A stretch of 64,000 nucleotides of DNA from positions 4,384,001 to 4,448,000 of the forward strand of contig CAVWVQ010000003.1 in assembly GCA_963758525.1 (NCBI GenBank), read 5' to 3'. Source of the DNA: an uncultured Phycisphaerales bacterium (GTDB lineage: Bacteria; Planctomycetota; Phycisphaerae; Tepidisphaerales; Tepidisphaeraceae). Position 1 is the stretch's first letter; every line of letters starts with the position of its first letter. A program made the translations under genes and the position numbers. The notes under the pieces were generated by a model. That model saw nothing but the letters and a program-made list of their open reading frames with translations. It had not been told where the DNA came from and searched no databases. This document shows positions 51,081-60,753 of the stretch, piece after piece.

Positions 51081-51989
51081 CTATTTCGGCGTATCCGGTT
51101 TGACTATCGGTCGCTCCATGTGAAAGAACTCCGCATATGGATTTTCCGCCGCCGTCACCGGCTTGACCTCAATCTGGTCGATCACCTGCGGCGTCGTCGG
51201 CTTCCCGTTCTGCGGATCGGCGATCGGCGTCTTTTCAATTTCGTGGGCCGTCTTCATCCCATCGACGACTTTGCCGAACGCGGTGTATTTGTGATCGAGC
51301 TGCTGGGTCTGTTTGTAATTGAGACAGATGAAAAACTGGCTGCCGGCGCTGTTTGGATCGGTACTGCGGGCCATGGAGAGGACGCCTTCTTCATGCGGGC
51401 GATCGTTGAACTCCGCGTTGAGATCGTAGCCCGGCCCTCCCATGCCGTCGCCGCGCGGATCGCCGCCCTGCAGCACGAAATCCGGCACGATGCGGTGGAA
51501 CGTGAGCTTGTCGTAATACCCTTCCGACGCGAGCCGCAGAAAACTGTCGACGGTATTGGGGGCAACGTCGTAGTAGAACATGCAGGTCATGTCTCCCTGG
51601 GCGGTGTGAATCACCGCGTAGCGCAAGGGCTCGATCTTGATGCCATCCGCGCCAGAGCCCTGGGGAAGCTCCTTATTCACCCGAACCTCAATCACCAGCG
51701 GCGAATCGACGAAGTCGGCGATTGTCTTGTCCTTGGGAACGGTGTAGAGCACGAACGTCCCGCCATCGGCGATCTTGGGGAAGAGCGTTTTGAGATCGAT
51801 GGTTTTCTCGCCACTCACATCGGCGGGGGCCGCCGGGTCGATCACCTTGCCGGAGAAATCTGTCAGCACCAGTTTCGCGTCGCCTTGAACGCTGACGTTC
51901 ACCGTCACTGGTCCGGCGGGTGGGTTCCATTTATGGGTGGGGGTAAGGGCTGACGTTAGAAATAAGAGCGGCAGCAGAAGCAGATGCAT
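51081..51989 (-). CDS. Secreted cyclophilin-type peptidyl-prolyl isomerase
   Basis: Signal peptide; APNTV, FHRIVPDFVLQGGDP, LSMAR, AGSQFFI, YTAFGKVV. Confidence 0.92.
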   Translation of the reverse strand: MHLLLLPLLFLTSALTPTHKWNPPAGPVTVNVSVQGDAKLVLTDFSGKVIDPAAPADVSGEKTIDLKTLFPKIADGGTFVLYTVPKDKTIADFVDSPLVIEVRVNKELPQGSGADGIKIEPLRYAVIHTAQGDMTCMFYYDVAPNTVDSFLRLASEGYYDKLTFHRIVPDFVLQGGDPRGDGMGGPGYDLNAEFNDRPHEEGVLSMARSTDPNSAGSQFFICLNYKQTQQLDHKYTAFGKVVDGMKTAHEIEKTPIADPQNGKPTTPQVIDQIEVKPVTAAENPYAEFFHMERPIVKPDTPK

Positions 51990-52052
51990 GATGGTTCCTC
52001 CGGATTGGATGCAAATCTGTTGCAAAGACTGTTTAATATTCCTGCGGCGTCA

Positions 52053-52171
52053 CAACCTGTTTAACCGCGCCGCGAAGCGAAGCGCGTCCAGCGGCGCTTT
52101 TGAATCTGAGTCCCTCCGTCTGATGGTTGCACCTGGACGCGCTTCGCTACGCGGCGCGGCTAAACAGGTTG
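52053..52171. repeat. Inverted repeat element (TTA[G/A]CCGCG family)
   Basis: CAACCTGTTTAACCGCGCCGCGAAGCGAAGCGCGTCCAG / CTGGACGCGCTTCGCTACGCGGCGCGGCTAAACAGGTTG. Confidence 0.85.
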
Positions 52172-52214
52172 CAGAACTCCAACACTTCCAACGCGGCGGC
52201 ATGTGCCACGGGGA

Positions 52215-53750
52215 TCAGTCACCGCGCCGGCGAATCCACTCAAGGAGCGTCCGCACGCCCCAGCCGGTGGATCCCTTGGAATAGTACGGCAAGTCCTTGT
52301 CGATGTCAGCGACTCCGGCGATGTCCAAATGTGCCCATGGAACCGAGCCGTCGGTTGGGACGAAATAGCTCAGGAACGCGCCGCCTTGCAGAGGATGAGC
52401 CTCGCGGCCGGCGGAATTGACGATCTCGGCATGATGCGACTTGATCTGGTCGCGCTGATCGGGCCCGAGCGGCAGCCGCCAGATCTTTTCCCCGGTGGAT
52501 TCGCCAGCGGAAATCAGCGCGGCGACGAGATCGTCGTTGTTGCTCATCACCCCCGCCATGGTGGTACCCAAGGCAGTCACCACGCCGCCTGTCAGCGTCG
52601 CGAGGTCGACGACCGCCGCCGGCTTGTATGTTTCGATTCCCCACGCGAGCGCATCGCCCAGCACCAGCCGGCCCTCCGCGTCGGTGTTGGTCACCTCGAC
52701 AGTGACGCCGTTGTACATGCGGAGGATATCGCCGGGGCGATACGCCTTTGAGCTGATGGCGTTTTCGGCGCTGGAAAGAATGCCGACCACGTGCGCGGGA
52801 ATTTTCAATTTTGCCAGGGCATACATCACCCCGAGGACGACGGTGCCGCCCGATTTGTCATAGATCATCCGTCCCATGCGATCGGCCGGCTTGATGGAGA
52901 TGCCGCCGGTGTCAAACGTGACAGCCTTTCCGACGACCAGCAAAGGGCCGCCATGAGACTTCGGCTTTTTCGCCAGACCGTTGTATTCGAGCACGATCAT
53001 CCGCGGCGGCGTCGCGATACTCCCCGCGCCGACCGCGAGAATTCCCCCCATTTTCAGCTTCGCCAACTCCTTCTCATCGAGCACCCGGCATTTCAACTTC
53101 GCCTCGCGCGCCATCGACTGCGCGGCCTTGGCAAGCGTTGGAGGAGTGATGTCATTTCCCGGTCGCGAAGCGATCGTGCGGGCATAATTCTGCCCGTCGG
53201 CAATCGCGTGACCGCGGGCCACAGCCTCACGGACGGATTTCTCTTCTGAAACGACGGCAAGTTCCAGCCGCGCAGGGGATTCAGCGTCGTCCTTCGACCT
53301 GGCGGCGCCCTTGTATTCCGTGTAATCGAATGACGCCAACAACGCTCCGACCACCAGAGCCTCTGCCGCTTCCGTCGCGGAGACAGACTTGAATGAGGCC
53401 GGCACCACGAAAGCGGCGGAGCCGATGCGATGCGAACGCAAAGCGCGAATCGCGGCGCCGGCTGATTGCCGCAGCGATTCGCTCGTGAGTTTGTCGGCTT
53501 TTCCCACGCCGACGGCATAGACCCGTCGCGTGTTTCCCGCTGCGGTTTCCACGATCTCAAACGCGATTTCCCGTGACTTCCCGGTCGCGGCGCCGTTGTC
53601 GATGAGACGCCGCAGCGCCGCGCCCTCCGCTTTGCCGAGCAACGGTTGGTCGTCGATCTCCTTCGATTGCGTCACGAACACCAGAACGGCGTTGACATTT
53701 CCGACGGAAGCTTTGACGCTCAATCGAACATTTGTGCTCGTGGGCAGCAT
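52215..53750 (-). CDS. pepA: Leucyl aminopeptidase (M17)
   Basis: VGKAVTFDTGGISIK, DKSGG, NTDAEGRLVL, DLATLTG, WAHLDIAG. Confidence 0.95.
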   Translation of the reverse strand: MLPTSTNVRLSVKASVGNVNAVLVFVTQSKEIDDQPLLGKAEGAALRRLIDNGAATGKSREIAFEIVETAAGNTRRVYAVGVGKADKLTSESLRQSAGAAIRALRSHRIGSAAFVVPASFKSVSATEAAEALVVGALLASFDYTEYKGAARSKDDAESPARLELAVVSEEKSVREAVARGHAIADGQNYARTIASRPGNDITPPTLAKAAQSMAREAKLKCRVLDEKELAKLKMGGILAVGAGSIATPPRMIVLEYNGLAKKPKSHGGPLLVVGKAVTFDTGGISIKPADRMGRMIYDKSGGTVVLGVMYALAKLKIPAHVVGILSSAENAISSKAYRPGDILRMYNGVTVEVTNTDAEGRLVLGDALAWGIETYKPAAVVDLATLTGGVVTALGTTMAGVMSNNDDLVAALISAGESTGEKIWRLPLGPDQRDQIKSHHAEIVNSAGREAHPLQGGAFLSYFVPTDGSVPWAHLDIAGVADIDKDLPYYSKGSTGWGVRTLLEWIRRRGD

Positions 53751-53813
53751 GATCGCCTTTCACTCGAAGATTTTGAGATCGGGCAACGCATGTGCTGGTG
53801 CATCAGTTCCCCC

Positions 53814-53934
53814 GCGTGGCACGGGCGTCCCGCGCGCCCCGCCCGTGTTAGCTGCGTGGAACAGGAGAGGACCTGGATATCGAACCATTCTCTTCTGTTT
53901 CACATCGCTAACACGCGGGACGCCCGTGCCACGC
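53814..53934. repeat. GTGG-type REP doublet
   Basis: GCGTGGCACGGGCGTCCCGCG ... CGCGGGACGCCCGTGCCACGC, 21-bp inverted repeat. Confidence 0.8.
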
Positions 53935-54035
53935 AGAGAGTTCGTCAAAGTCCGCCGCAGCTTTCCGATCGGGCCGACGAGTATAGGTTGCGGCGTTGGT
54001 CTCGCAACTGAGGACGGCGGCGATAGGATGATGGC

Positions 54036-54230
54036 GTGGTGCGTATCCGTCACATCCTCGATCCAGACCTCCGGGCGAGAATTGTCGCCGCGCTGGCCGA
54101 GCGGCGCGGCTGTTCAACGGCGGCGATTCCCGAGTGGTTCGAACTGGATGACGCGGACTACGTCGATCTGCTCAACGATCTCAAGGAAAAAGAGCAGCCG
54201 GGTGAGGATCGCGATGATCCGAGGAGTTAG
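54036..54230 (+). CDS. Small hypothetical protein
   Basis: 64 aa, protein-like composition and GC3 bias. Confidence 0.5.
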   Translation: MVRIRHILDPDLRARIVAALAERRGCSTAAIPEWFELDDADYVDLLNDLKEKEQPGEDRDDPRS

Positions 54231-54391
54231 CTCGGAGAGGGGTGGGGATTGCGTCCCGGCGCGCCGGGAGCAAGCTGCAAATCTCAAGGGGGATAACACG
54301 ACAACACGCGCGTCTCGGCGTCCCCCCGTTCATCCAATTTGCATTTTGCAATCCTCAATTTGCATTTTGCTATTCCCCGCTCGCGCTCCGC

Positions 54392-55393
54392 TCACCGGCC
54401 CGCCACCGATGACGAAATCACAATCCTGTCGCGCCCGCCGTCCTTGGCCTGGTAGAGCGCCGCGTCGGCGGCCGCGACAAGTTCGTCTCCGTTGGCCGAG
54501 CCATCGGACAAGAGGGACGCCACGCCAAACGACATGGTCAGCCCTTCGTTGCGCCGAAGGATCATGGCGGACGCCTTGCGGTAATCCTGGCGGATGCGCT
54601 CGGCAATCGTTGCCGCTTCAGCGCCGGCGGCGCGTGGCGCGAGGATGACGAATTCGTCGCCGCCGTAACGCGAGGCGACGTCCATCCCCCGCATGTTGGC
54701 GGTGATGGCGCGAGCCGCGACCAGCAGCAGGCGGTCGCCCACCTGGTGGCCACACGTGTCGTTGAGTTGTTTGTAGCCGTCCAGATCGATCATCACGATC
54801 GACATGTCAGTCTCGTAACGGCGCGCCTCGGAGAAGAGCTGCGACAATACCTTGTTGAAATGCCGGCGGTTGTAGAGCCCCGTCAGCGGATCCGTCGCCG
54901 CCGCCTCTTCGGTTTTTCGCAGCGCCTTTTCCAGGGCGGTGTTCTTCTCCCGCAGCGCGAGCATGGTTTTTTCCAACTCAGCCCGCAGCGCCTCGTTTTC
55001 CCGCCGCATGTTCGCGACGGCCAGACATTTCTCCACGACCAGCGGCAGCGCGAACAGATAGTCGCCCACCTTCACGACGTAGTCCGTCGCGCCCTTGCGG
55101 ATGGATTCGGCGGCGACATGCCCGATGTTTTCGCCGGTCACGAGAATCAGAGGAGTGTCGCATCGTCGACGCACGTGCGCCAGCAATTCCATCCCCGTTC
55201 CATCAGGCAGGTTGAAGTCGGAGAGGATCAGATCAAATGTCGCGATGTCCTGCCCCATCGCAGCGGCGATGGTCGATACGTCAACGATGTTTCCCGACCC
55301 GAACCGTTCACCCAGCGTCTGGCGGACCAGCTCGCGCTGGTCGGGATCGTCCTCGACGATCAGGAGGCGGAGGTTGGCTGAAGTGTGAGTCAT
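54392..55393 (-). CDS. Response regulator diguanylate cyclase (REC-coiled coil-GGDEF)
   Basis: LLIVEDD, LILSDFNLPD; TDPLTGLYNRR, DLDGYK, RGMD I-site, RYGGDEF, ADAALY. Confidence 0.94.
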   Translation of the reverse strand: MTHTSANLRLLIVEDDPDQRELVRQTLGERFGSGNIVDVSTIAAAMGQDIATFDLILSDFNLPDGTGMELLAHVRRRCDTPLILVTGENIGHVAAESIRKGATDYVVKVGDYLFALPLVVEKCLAVANMRRENEALRAELEKTMLALREKNTALEKALRKTEEAAATDPLTGLYNRRHFNKVLSQLFSEARRYETDMSIVMIDLDGYKQLNDTCGHQVGDRLLLVAARAITANMRGMDVASRYGGDEFVILAPRAAGAEAATIAERIRQDYRKASAMILRRNEGLTMSFGVASLLSDGSANGDELVAAADAALYQAKDGGRDRIVISSSVAGR

Positions 55394-55411
55394 GGAAGAT
55401 TGCCGCGCCGG

Positions 55412-57074
55412 TCAGGCCGCCTGCGCCGCGGGCGTATTGATGACATACTCGCCGTTGATGGTGAAGCGAAACGTGCTTCCTTTGCCGGGCGTGCTCTGGG
55501 CCCAGATGGTGCCGCTGTAGGTCTCGACGATGCTCTTCACGCTCGCCAGGCCGATTCCCCTGCCGGGAATTCCGGCCAAGCGGGCATTGGCGCCGCGGCG
55601 GAAAACGTGGAAGAGCAGCTCGAGATCACGCGCATCGATGCCGATTCCGGTGTCGCGCACATAAAACTCGCACTCTGCCGGACGCAGGATCCAGCCCACG
55701 TGAATTTCCCGCGGCTCACCTGCCGGCGGCTCGCCCATGTATTTGATCGCGTTATCGATCAGGTTCTGAAAAACCTGTCGAAGCCGCGCGCTCGCACCGC
55801 AGTTTCGGCAGCGGGCCGTCAACCACAAATTGGATGTCGCGCGTCCGCAAATCCGCTTCGAAGATGCCGGCTACTTCGTCGACGAGCAAGTGCGTGTCGA
55901 GCGTCTCCATCTTCAGCCGCCGCGTCTTGATCTGCGACAGCTCCAGCAGCTCGCTGATCAGGTTCGTCTCCACCTCAACATTTTTCTGAATCCGCTCCAG
56001 GCGGTGAATCACGCTGGCGTCGAGTGTTTCGCGGTCGCGCATCAGCATTTCGGTCATCCCCGAGATATTGCGCAAAGGGGCGTTGAGGTCGTGCGAAACA
56101 GCCCGCAGGAAATCCTCCTTCTCGGCGATCTCGCTGCTGAGTCGTTTGTTGGCCGTTTCGAGCTGAGCTGTGCGTTGCTGAACCTTCGATTCCAACTCGC
56201 GATTTGCCGTCGCCAGGGCATCCTGCTGGCGGCGGATGCGGAGCACCATCTGATTGAACGAGCGCGCCAACCGGCCGATCACGTCCTGCCGGTCGATGGC
56301 GACTTGGGCGTCGAGGTCGCCGTCAATAATGCGCTGCGTGGCTCGGACGAGATGACGAATCGGATCGAGCAATTTATGAATGAGCATCGCCGCCAACGGA
56401 AAGCAGCCCAACACCGTCAGCGTGCCGATCAGAACGACTTTCAGGCGAACCGCGTCCATCTCATTGTCGGCCGAATTGTCCGAGACGCAGACAGTGATAT
56501 AGCCGCTGACATGAAGCCCCCGTCGCGCGGCAGGATTGATCGTCGTGCCATCCTCCTGCTGCGGCTCCAGCGACAGCACCGGAGAGGTGATCGCCAGAAA
56601 CCAGCCGGCCCGGGGCGCGTAGCAATGCACGGGCTCAAATGCCGTGACCTTGGCCGATGGCGCGGGAAGGAACGCGAGCAGGTCCGCGCCCTCCCCGATT
56701 CCGCTCGACGATGCGAGCAGCCGTCCCGAGGAATCAAAGATGCCAGCGGTGATGACGTCGCGCTGAGCCAGCAATGCGCGCGCGATCCGCGACAACTCGG
56801 TCCGATCGTTGCGCTCCAATACGCCGGGGCTGATCGCCGCCAGCCCGCGCGAAAGCGTCATGGCGCGGTTTTCGACCATGGAGTCCGCGGTGGCACGCTG
56901 CTGCTGCAGGATCAAAAAGCAGCTCATTGCGACGGCCATCGCGACGATTCCAATGAAGCTGAGCAGCAGCTTGCTTTCAAGTCCGGTGCGCATCCCCAGG
57001 AATCGCGCTCCGTGCGTGCCGGGGCCGGCGGGCAAGGTCGTTGGCAATGAGGATTGCGACAGCGCAGTTTCCAT
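55412..57074 (-). CDS. Membrane sensor histidine kinase (HAMP); frameshift near 55786
   Basis: Two TM segments, HAMP (DVIGRLARSFNQM), AVSHDLNAPL; shifted frame QVFQNLIDNAIKY, DTGIGI, GRGIGLA; start approximate. Confidence 0.9.
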
Positions 57075-57239
57075 CGAGCGACGCTGCACGCAACCAGCCC
57101 CGACAATAGTCGCGCAGCGCATCGTGCGCGGGACGTTGGCAGAGACCGCTGGGCGCGGCATCGTTGAGTTCATCGTCGCTGCCGGAGCACGGGTTAACTT
57201 TTGGCGGGGTGAAAAGCTCGCAACTCACGGAATGTAAAG

Positions 57240-57455
57240 CTATTTGGGCGGGCGGGGAGAACCACGCAACCGCCCGATTTCGAGGATCGGATCGCCCAGG
57301 ATCCAGATCGCCGCGCCCAGCAACCAGGCGAGTCGTGGAAAGCCCAATTCCCAGACAAAGCCGAGCACCACTGCCCCCAAGAGTCCGATAAAGAGGGTCT
57401 CAACGACGATCCGCTGAATCGTCCGGACATGCTGGTTGGGATCAGACGGCGGCAT
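57240..57455 (-). CDS. Small two-TM membrane protein
   Basis: Two hydrophobic segments; TATAAT 13 nt upstream. Confidence 0.5.
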   Translation of the reverse strand: MPPSDPNQHVRTIQRIVVETLFIGLLGAVVLGFVWELGFPRLAWLLGAAIWILGDPILEIGRLRGSPRPPK

Positions 57456-57561
57456 AGGTTCGCTTAGGAATTATAGCTTCGAGACAATTTCGCCGCAGCA
57501 ACCCAAATTATCGGGCGCCGATGCCCGCTGCAGAAGATCGAATCACTATGATCGCTCTGTC

Positions 57562-60500
57562 ATGCATTGGGACGACGCCCATCTGGAAGAGCGAACCAAG
57601 GAGATCGGAAAAGCGATCTTCGCGCGCGTGAAAGCGGCCGACGGTCATTCGCTGGCGGGATGGTGGCAGCGACACACGATGGGCTGGGGGATGCACGACG
57701 AACGCGTGAAAGCGCAGTTGTTTCGCTTTGTGGATGTGCTGCCAACCCTGGCAACGCCCGAGCTGATTGCCGGACATTTGCGCGAATACCTCATCCCTGT
57801 GCGCGATCGGCTTCCGGGGCCGGCAGCGCTCGTAATGAATTGGCTGCCAACGGACGGCTGGACGAGCCGTCGCGTCGCCGATGCGGCAAAGCTTGCCGCT
57901 GAGTCGATGGCGCGCCACTTCATCGCCGCCGCTGATTTGGAAGAGGCGATACAAAGCGTCGCGAAGCTGCGCCAGCATTCGCTCGGCTTCACCGTCGATC
58001 TATTGGGCGAAGCGGTTCTTTCCCGGGTTGAGGCCGAGCGCTACCGTGAGACCTATCTCCGCATGATCGACGGCCTGGCAGACGCCGCGGCCGAGTGGAC
58101 CCGAAATCCGCTGCTGGATTCCGATGGCAACGGCCGGCCGGTGCCCCGCGTGAATGTGTCGGTGAAACTCTCGTCGTTGTTCAGCCAGTTTGATCCGATC
58201 GATCCCCACGGCACGAGCTCCGCCGTTTGTGAACGGCTGCGGCCGATCCTGCGGCTCGCCCGCCGGCGTGGCGTGTTCGTCAACATCGACATGGAGCAAT
58301 ATTCTTACAAAGACATCACGCTGCAAATATTCCGCGGCATCCTCGACGAATCGGAATTTCGTGATTGGCCGGATGTCGGCATCGCCATTCAGGCATACTT
58401 GCGCGACTGCGGCGATGATCTGGCCAGACTCGCCGATTGGGCCGGCCGTCGCGGAACTCCGGTTTGGGTGCGGCTCGTCAAGGGAGCGTATTGGGATTAC
58501 GAAACGATCGTTGCCGCGCAGAACGGCTGGAACATACCCGTCTTTGCGCACAAGCATGAGACGGATGCCAACTACGAAAAGCAAACCGCGTTTCTGATCG
58601 AGCATCACGAACAGCTCCGTCCCGCGATCGGGAGTCACAACATCCGCAGCATCGCCAGGGCGCTGGCGCTGACAGAGGCGCACGGCCTTCCCCCGCGCAG
58701 CATCGAGTTTCAAATGCTCTACGGAATGGCCGATCCGGTGAAGAGCGCATTGGTGAAAATGGGCCATCGCGTACGTGTCTACGCGCCAGTGGGAGAGCTG
58801 CTCCCGGGCATGGCGTATCTGGTGCGCCGGCTGCTTGAAAACACATCGAACGAATCCTTCTTACGGGCTGGTTTTCTGGATCACGTGCCCGAGGAGCGTC
58901 TGCTGATGAATCCCGCACTCACATCTCCTCCAACTGTCGCCCGGCCGCAAGACACGAGTCCGGCTCCGCAACTTCCTGCCTTTCACAATGAGCCGCTCAC
59001 CGATTTCTCCCGCGCCGCCGAACGTGAAAAGATGCGTGCGGCGCTGGACGCGGTCAGGAGCCAGTTCAGCGCAATTGCGCCCGCGCGCGCTCTTTCCTCC
59101 TCCCCTGGTACTCCGGCCTTCGGCTCTGAGGCTCAGGCTCGAAGAGGGGAGGGCCGGGGTGGGGGCGGCGTCGAGCTTCCAGAGGACGGCCCCCACTCTG
59201 TCCCTCCGCAGGACTACCAGGGTAGGGGAATCGAAACCCAGACGCCCCCAATTGCGCAAAGCCAGTTCGGAAATTCGCATCCGCTGATCATCGGCGGAAA
59301 GACCATCACGCGCAACGAGACGATTGAGTCGTTCGACCCGTCGCACCGCCGAACCCTCGTCGGTCGCACGGCCCGCGCAACCGCCGACGACGCCCGGCTT
59401 GCGGTAACGGCAGCGACCGACGCCTTCCCGGCTTGGCGCGACGCTGGCGTAAAGCGCCGTGCCGAATTGCTGATGGCGTGCGCCCGGATTTTGCGACGAC
59501 GGCGCTTCGAGCTCTCGGCGTGGGAGATCGTCGAGACCGGCAAACAATGGCGCGAGGCCGACGCTGATGTCGCGGAAGCGATCGACTACTGCAGCTTCTA
59601 CGCGAACGAAGCCGTCCGCCTGGCCGAGCCGCAACGGCGCGACGTGCCCGGCGAGGAGAACCGCACCTTCTACGAGCCCCGGGGAGTCGCCGTCGTCATC
59701 GCACCCTGGAATTTCCCCCTGGCGATCTTGTGCGGGATGACTGCCGCGGCCCTGGCGACGGGAAACACGGTGGTCATGAAGCCGGCGGAGCAGTCGCCGA
59801 TCATCGGCGCGAAGCTGATGGAAGTGTTCATCGAAGCGGGACTACCGGCCGGCGTGGTGAACTACTTGCCCGGTCTTGGTGAAGAAGTCGGACCGGCTCT
59901 TGTGAATCATCCGGACGTTGCGGTGATCGCTTTTACCGGCTCGCGCGCCGTCGGTCTGCAGATTCAAGCCGACGCGGCCCGCGTGCCGGCGGGGCAGCAA
60001 CACCTGAAAAAAGTGATCACCGAGATGGGCGGGAAGAACGCGTTGATCATCGACGAAGACGCCGATCTCGACGAAGCCGTGCATGGCGTCGTCGCAAGCG
60101 CCTTCGGATATGCGGGGCAAAAATGCTCCGCCTGCTCGCGCGCGATTGTGCTGGCGTCGGTGCATGACGCTTTTCTGACCCGCCTCGTTGAAGCGACGCG
60201 CAGCCTGAAGATCGGGCCGGCGGAAGATCCGTCGTGCAGCGTCGGGCCGGTGATCGAAGAAGACGCGCGGCGGCGCATTCTTCAAGCCGTCGAGAAGGGA
60301 AAAAGCGAGGCCCGGCTGGTCTATTGCGCCGATGTCAGCGCGCTGGCGGACGAAGGTTGGTACGTCGGCCCTCATATATTTGCCGATGTGCCCGAGGGCG
60401 CATCGATCGCACAGGAAGAAATCTTCGGCCCCGTGCTGACGGTCATCAAAGCCGCGAATCTGGACGACGCGCTCCGCATCGCCAACGGCACACCATACGC

Positions 60501-60753
60501 CCTCACCGGCGGCATCTATTCACGTAGTCCTGCCAACATCGAGAAAGCCCGCCGCGAATTTCGCGTCGGCAATCTCTACATCAATCGCAAGATCACCGGC
60601 GCGCTCGTCGATCGCCAGCCCTTCGGCGGCTTCAAACTCTCCGGCGGCGCCACCAAAGCCGGCGGCTCCGATTACCTCCTCAATTTCCTGCTCACCCGCA
60701 CCATCACCGAAAACACTCTCCGACACGGTTTCGCGCCCGCCGAGGCCACGTAA
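57562..60753 (+). CDS. putA: Bifunctional proline dehydrogenase / glutamate-semialdehyde dehydrogenase
   Basis: QLFRFVDVLP, VDLLGEA, IDMEQ, VRLVKGAYWD, YLVRRLLEN; PWNFPLAI, FTGS, TEMGGKN, GQKCSA, EEIFGP. Confidence 0.96.
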   Translation: MHWDDAHLEERTKEIGKAIFARVKAADGHSLAGWWQRHTMGWGMHDERVKAQLFRFVDVLPTLATPELIAGHLREYLIPVRDRLPGPAALVMNWLPTDGWTSRRVADAAKLAAESMARHFIAAADLEEAIQSVAKLRQHSLGFTVDLLGEAVLSRVEAERYRETYLRMIDGLADAAAEWTRNPLLDSDGNGRPVPRVNVSVKLSSLFSQFDPIDPHGTSSAVCERLRPILRLARRRGVFVNIDMEQYSYKDITLQIFRGILDESEFRDWPDVGIAIQAYLRDCGDDLARLADWAGRRGTPVWVRLVKGAYWDYETIVAAQNGWNIPVFAHKHETDANYEKQTAFLIEHHEQLRPAIGSHNIRSIARALALTEAHGLPPRSIEFQMLYGMADPVKSALVKMGHRVRVYAPVGELLPGMAYLVRRLLENTSNESFLRAGFLDHVPEERLLMNPALTSPPTVARPQDTSPAPQLPAFHNEPLTDFSRAAEREKMRAALDAVRSQFSAIAPARALSSSPGTPAFGSEAQARRGEGRGGGGVELPEDGPHSVPPQDYQGRGIETQTPPIAQSQFGNSHPLIIGGKTITRNETIESFDPSHRRTLVGRTARATADDARLAVTAATDAFPAWRDAGVKRRAELLMACARILRRRRFELSAWEIVETGKQWREADADVAEAIDYCSFYANEAVRLAEPQRRDVPGEENRTFYEPRGVAVVIAPWNFPLAILCGMTAAALATGNTVVMKPAEQSPIIGAKLMEVFIEAGLPAGVVNYLPGLGEEVGPALVNHPDVAVIAFTGSRAVGLQIQADAARVPAGQQHLKKVITEMGGKNALIIDEDADLDEAVHGVVASAFGYAGQKCSACSRAIVLASVHDAFLTRLVEATRSLKIGPAEDPSCSVGPVIEEDARRRILQAVEKGKSEARLVYCADVSALADEGWYVGPHIFADVPEGASIAQEEIFGPVLTVIKAANLDDALRIANGTPYALTGGIYSRSPANIEKARREFRVGNLYINRKITGALVDRQPFGGFKLSGGATKAGGSDYLLNFLLTRTITENTLRHGFAPAEAT
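59059..59268. mobile_element. In-frame 201-bp palindromic insertion in putA flanked by 9-bp direct repeat AGCCAGTTC
   Basis: AGCCAGTTC at 59059-59067 and 59260-59268; interior matches intergenic elements at 17245 and 45145. Confidence 0.8.

Noticed and set aside
54335..54370. CAATTTGCATTTTGC duplicated motif as an operator
   Set aside because: It lies between convergent genes and resembles the other heptamer repeats; no regulatory support.
2443..57050. Long antisense or alternate-frame ORFs (e.g. 2443-3483, 27613-28962, 34725-36017, 55830-57050)
   Set aside because: Shadow ORFs expected opposite real genes in high-GC DNA; no recognisable motifs.
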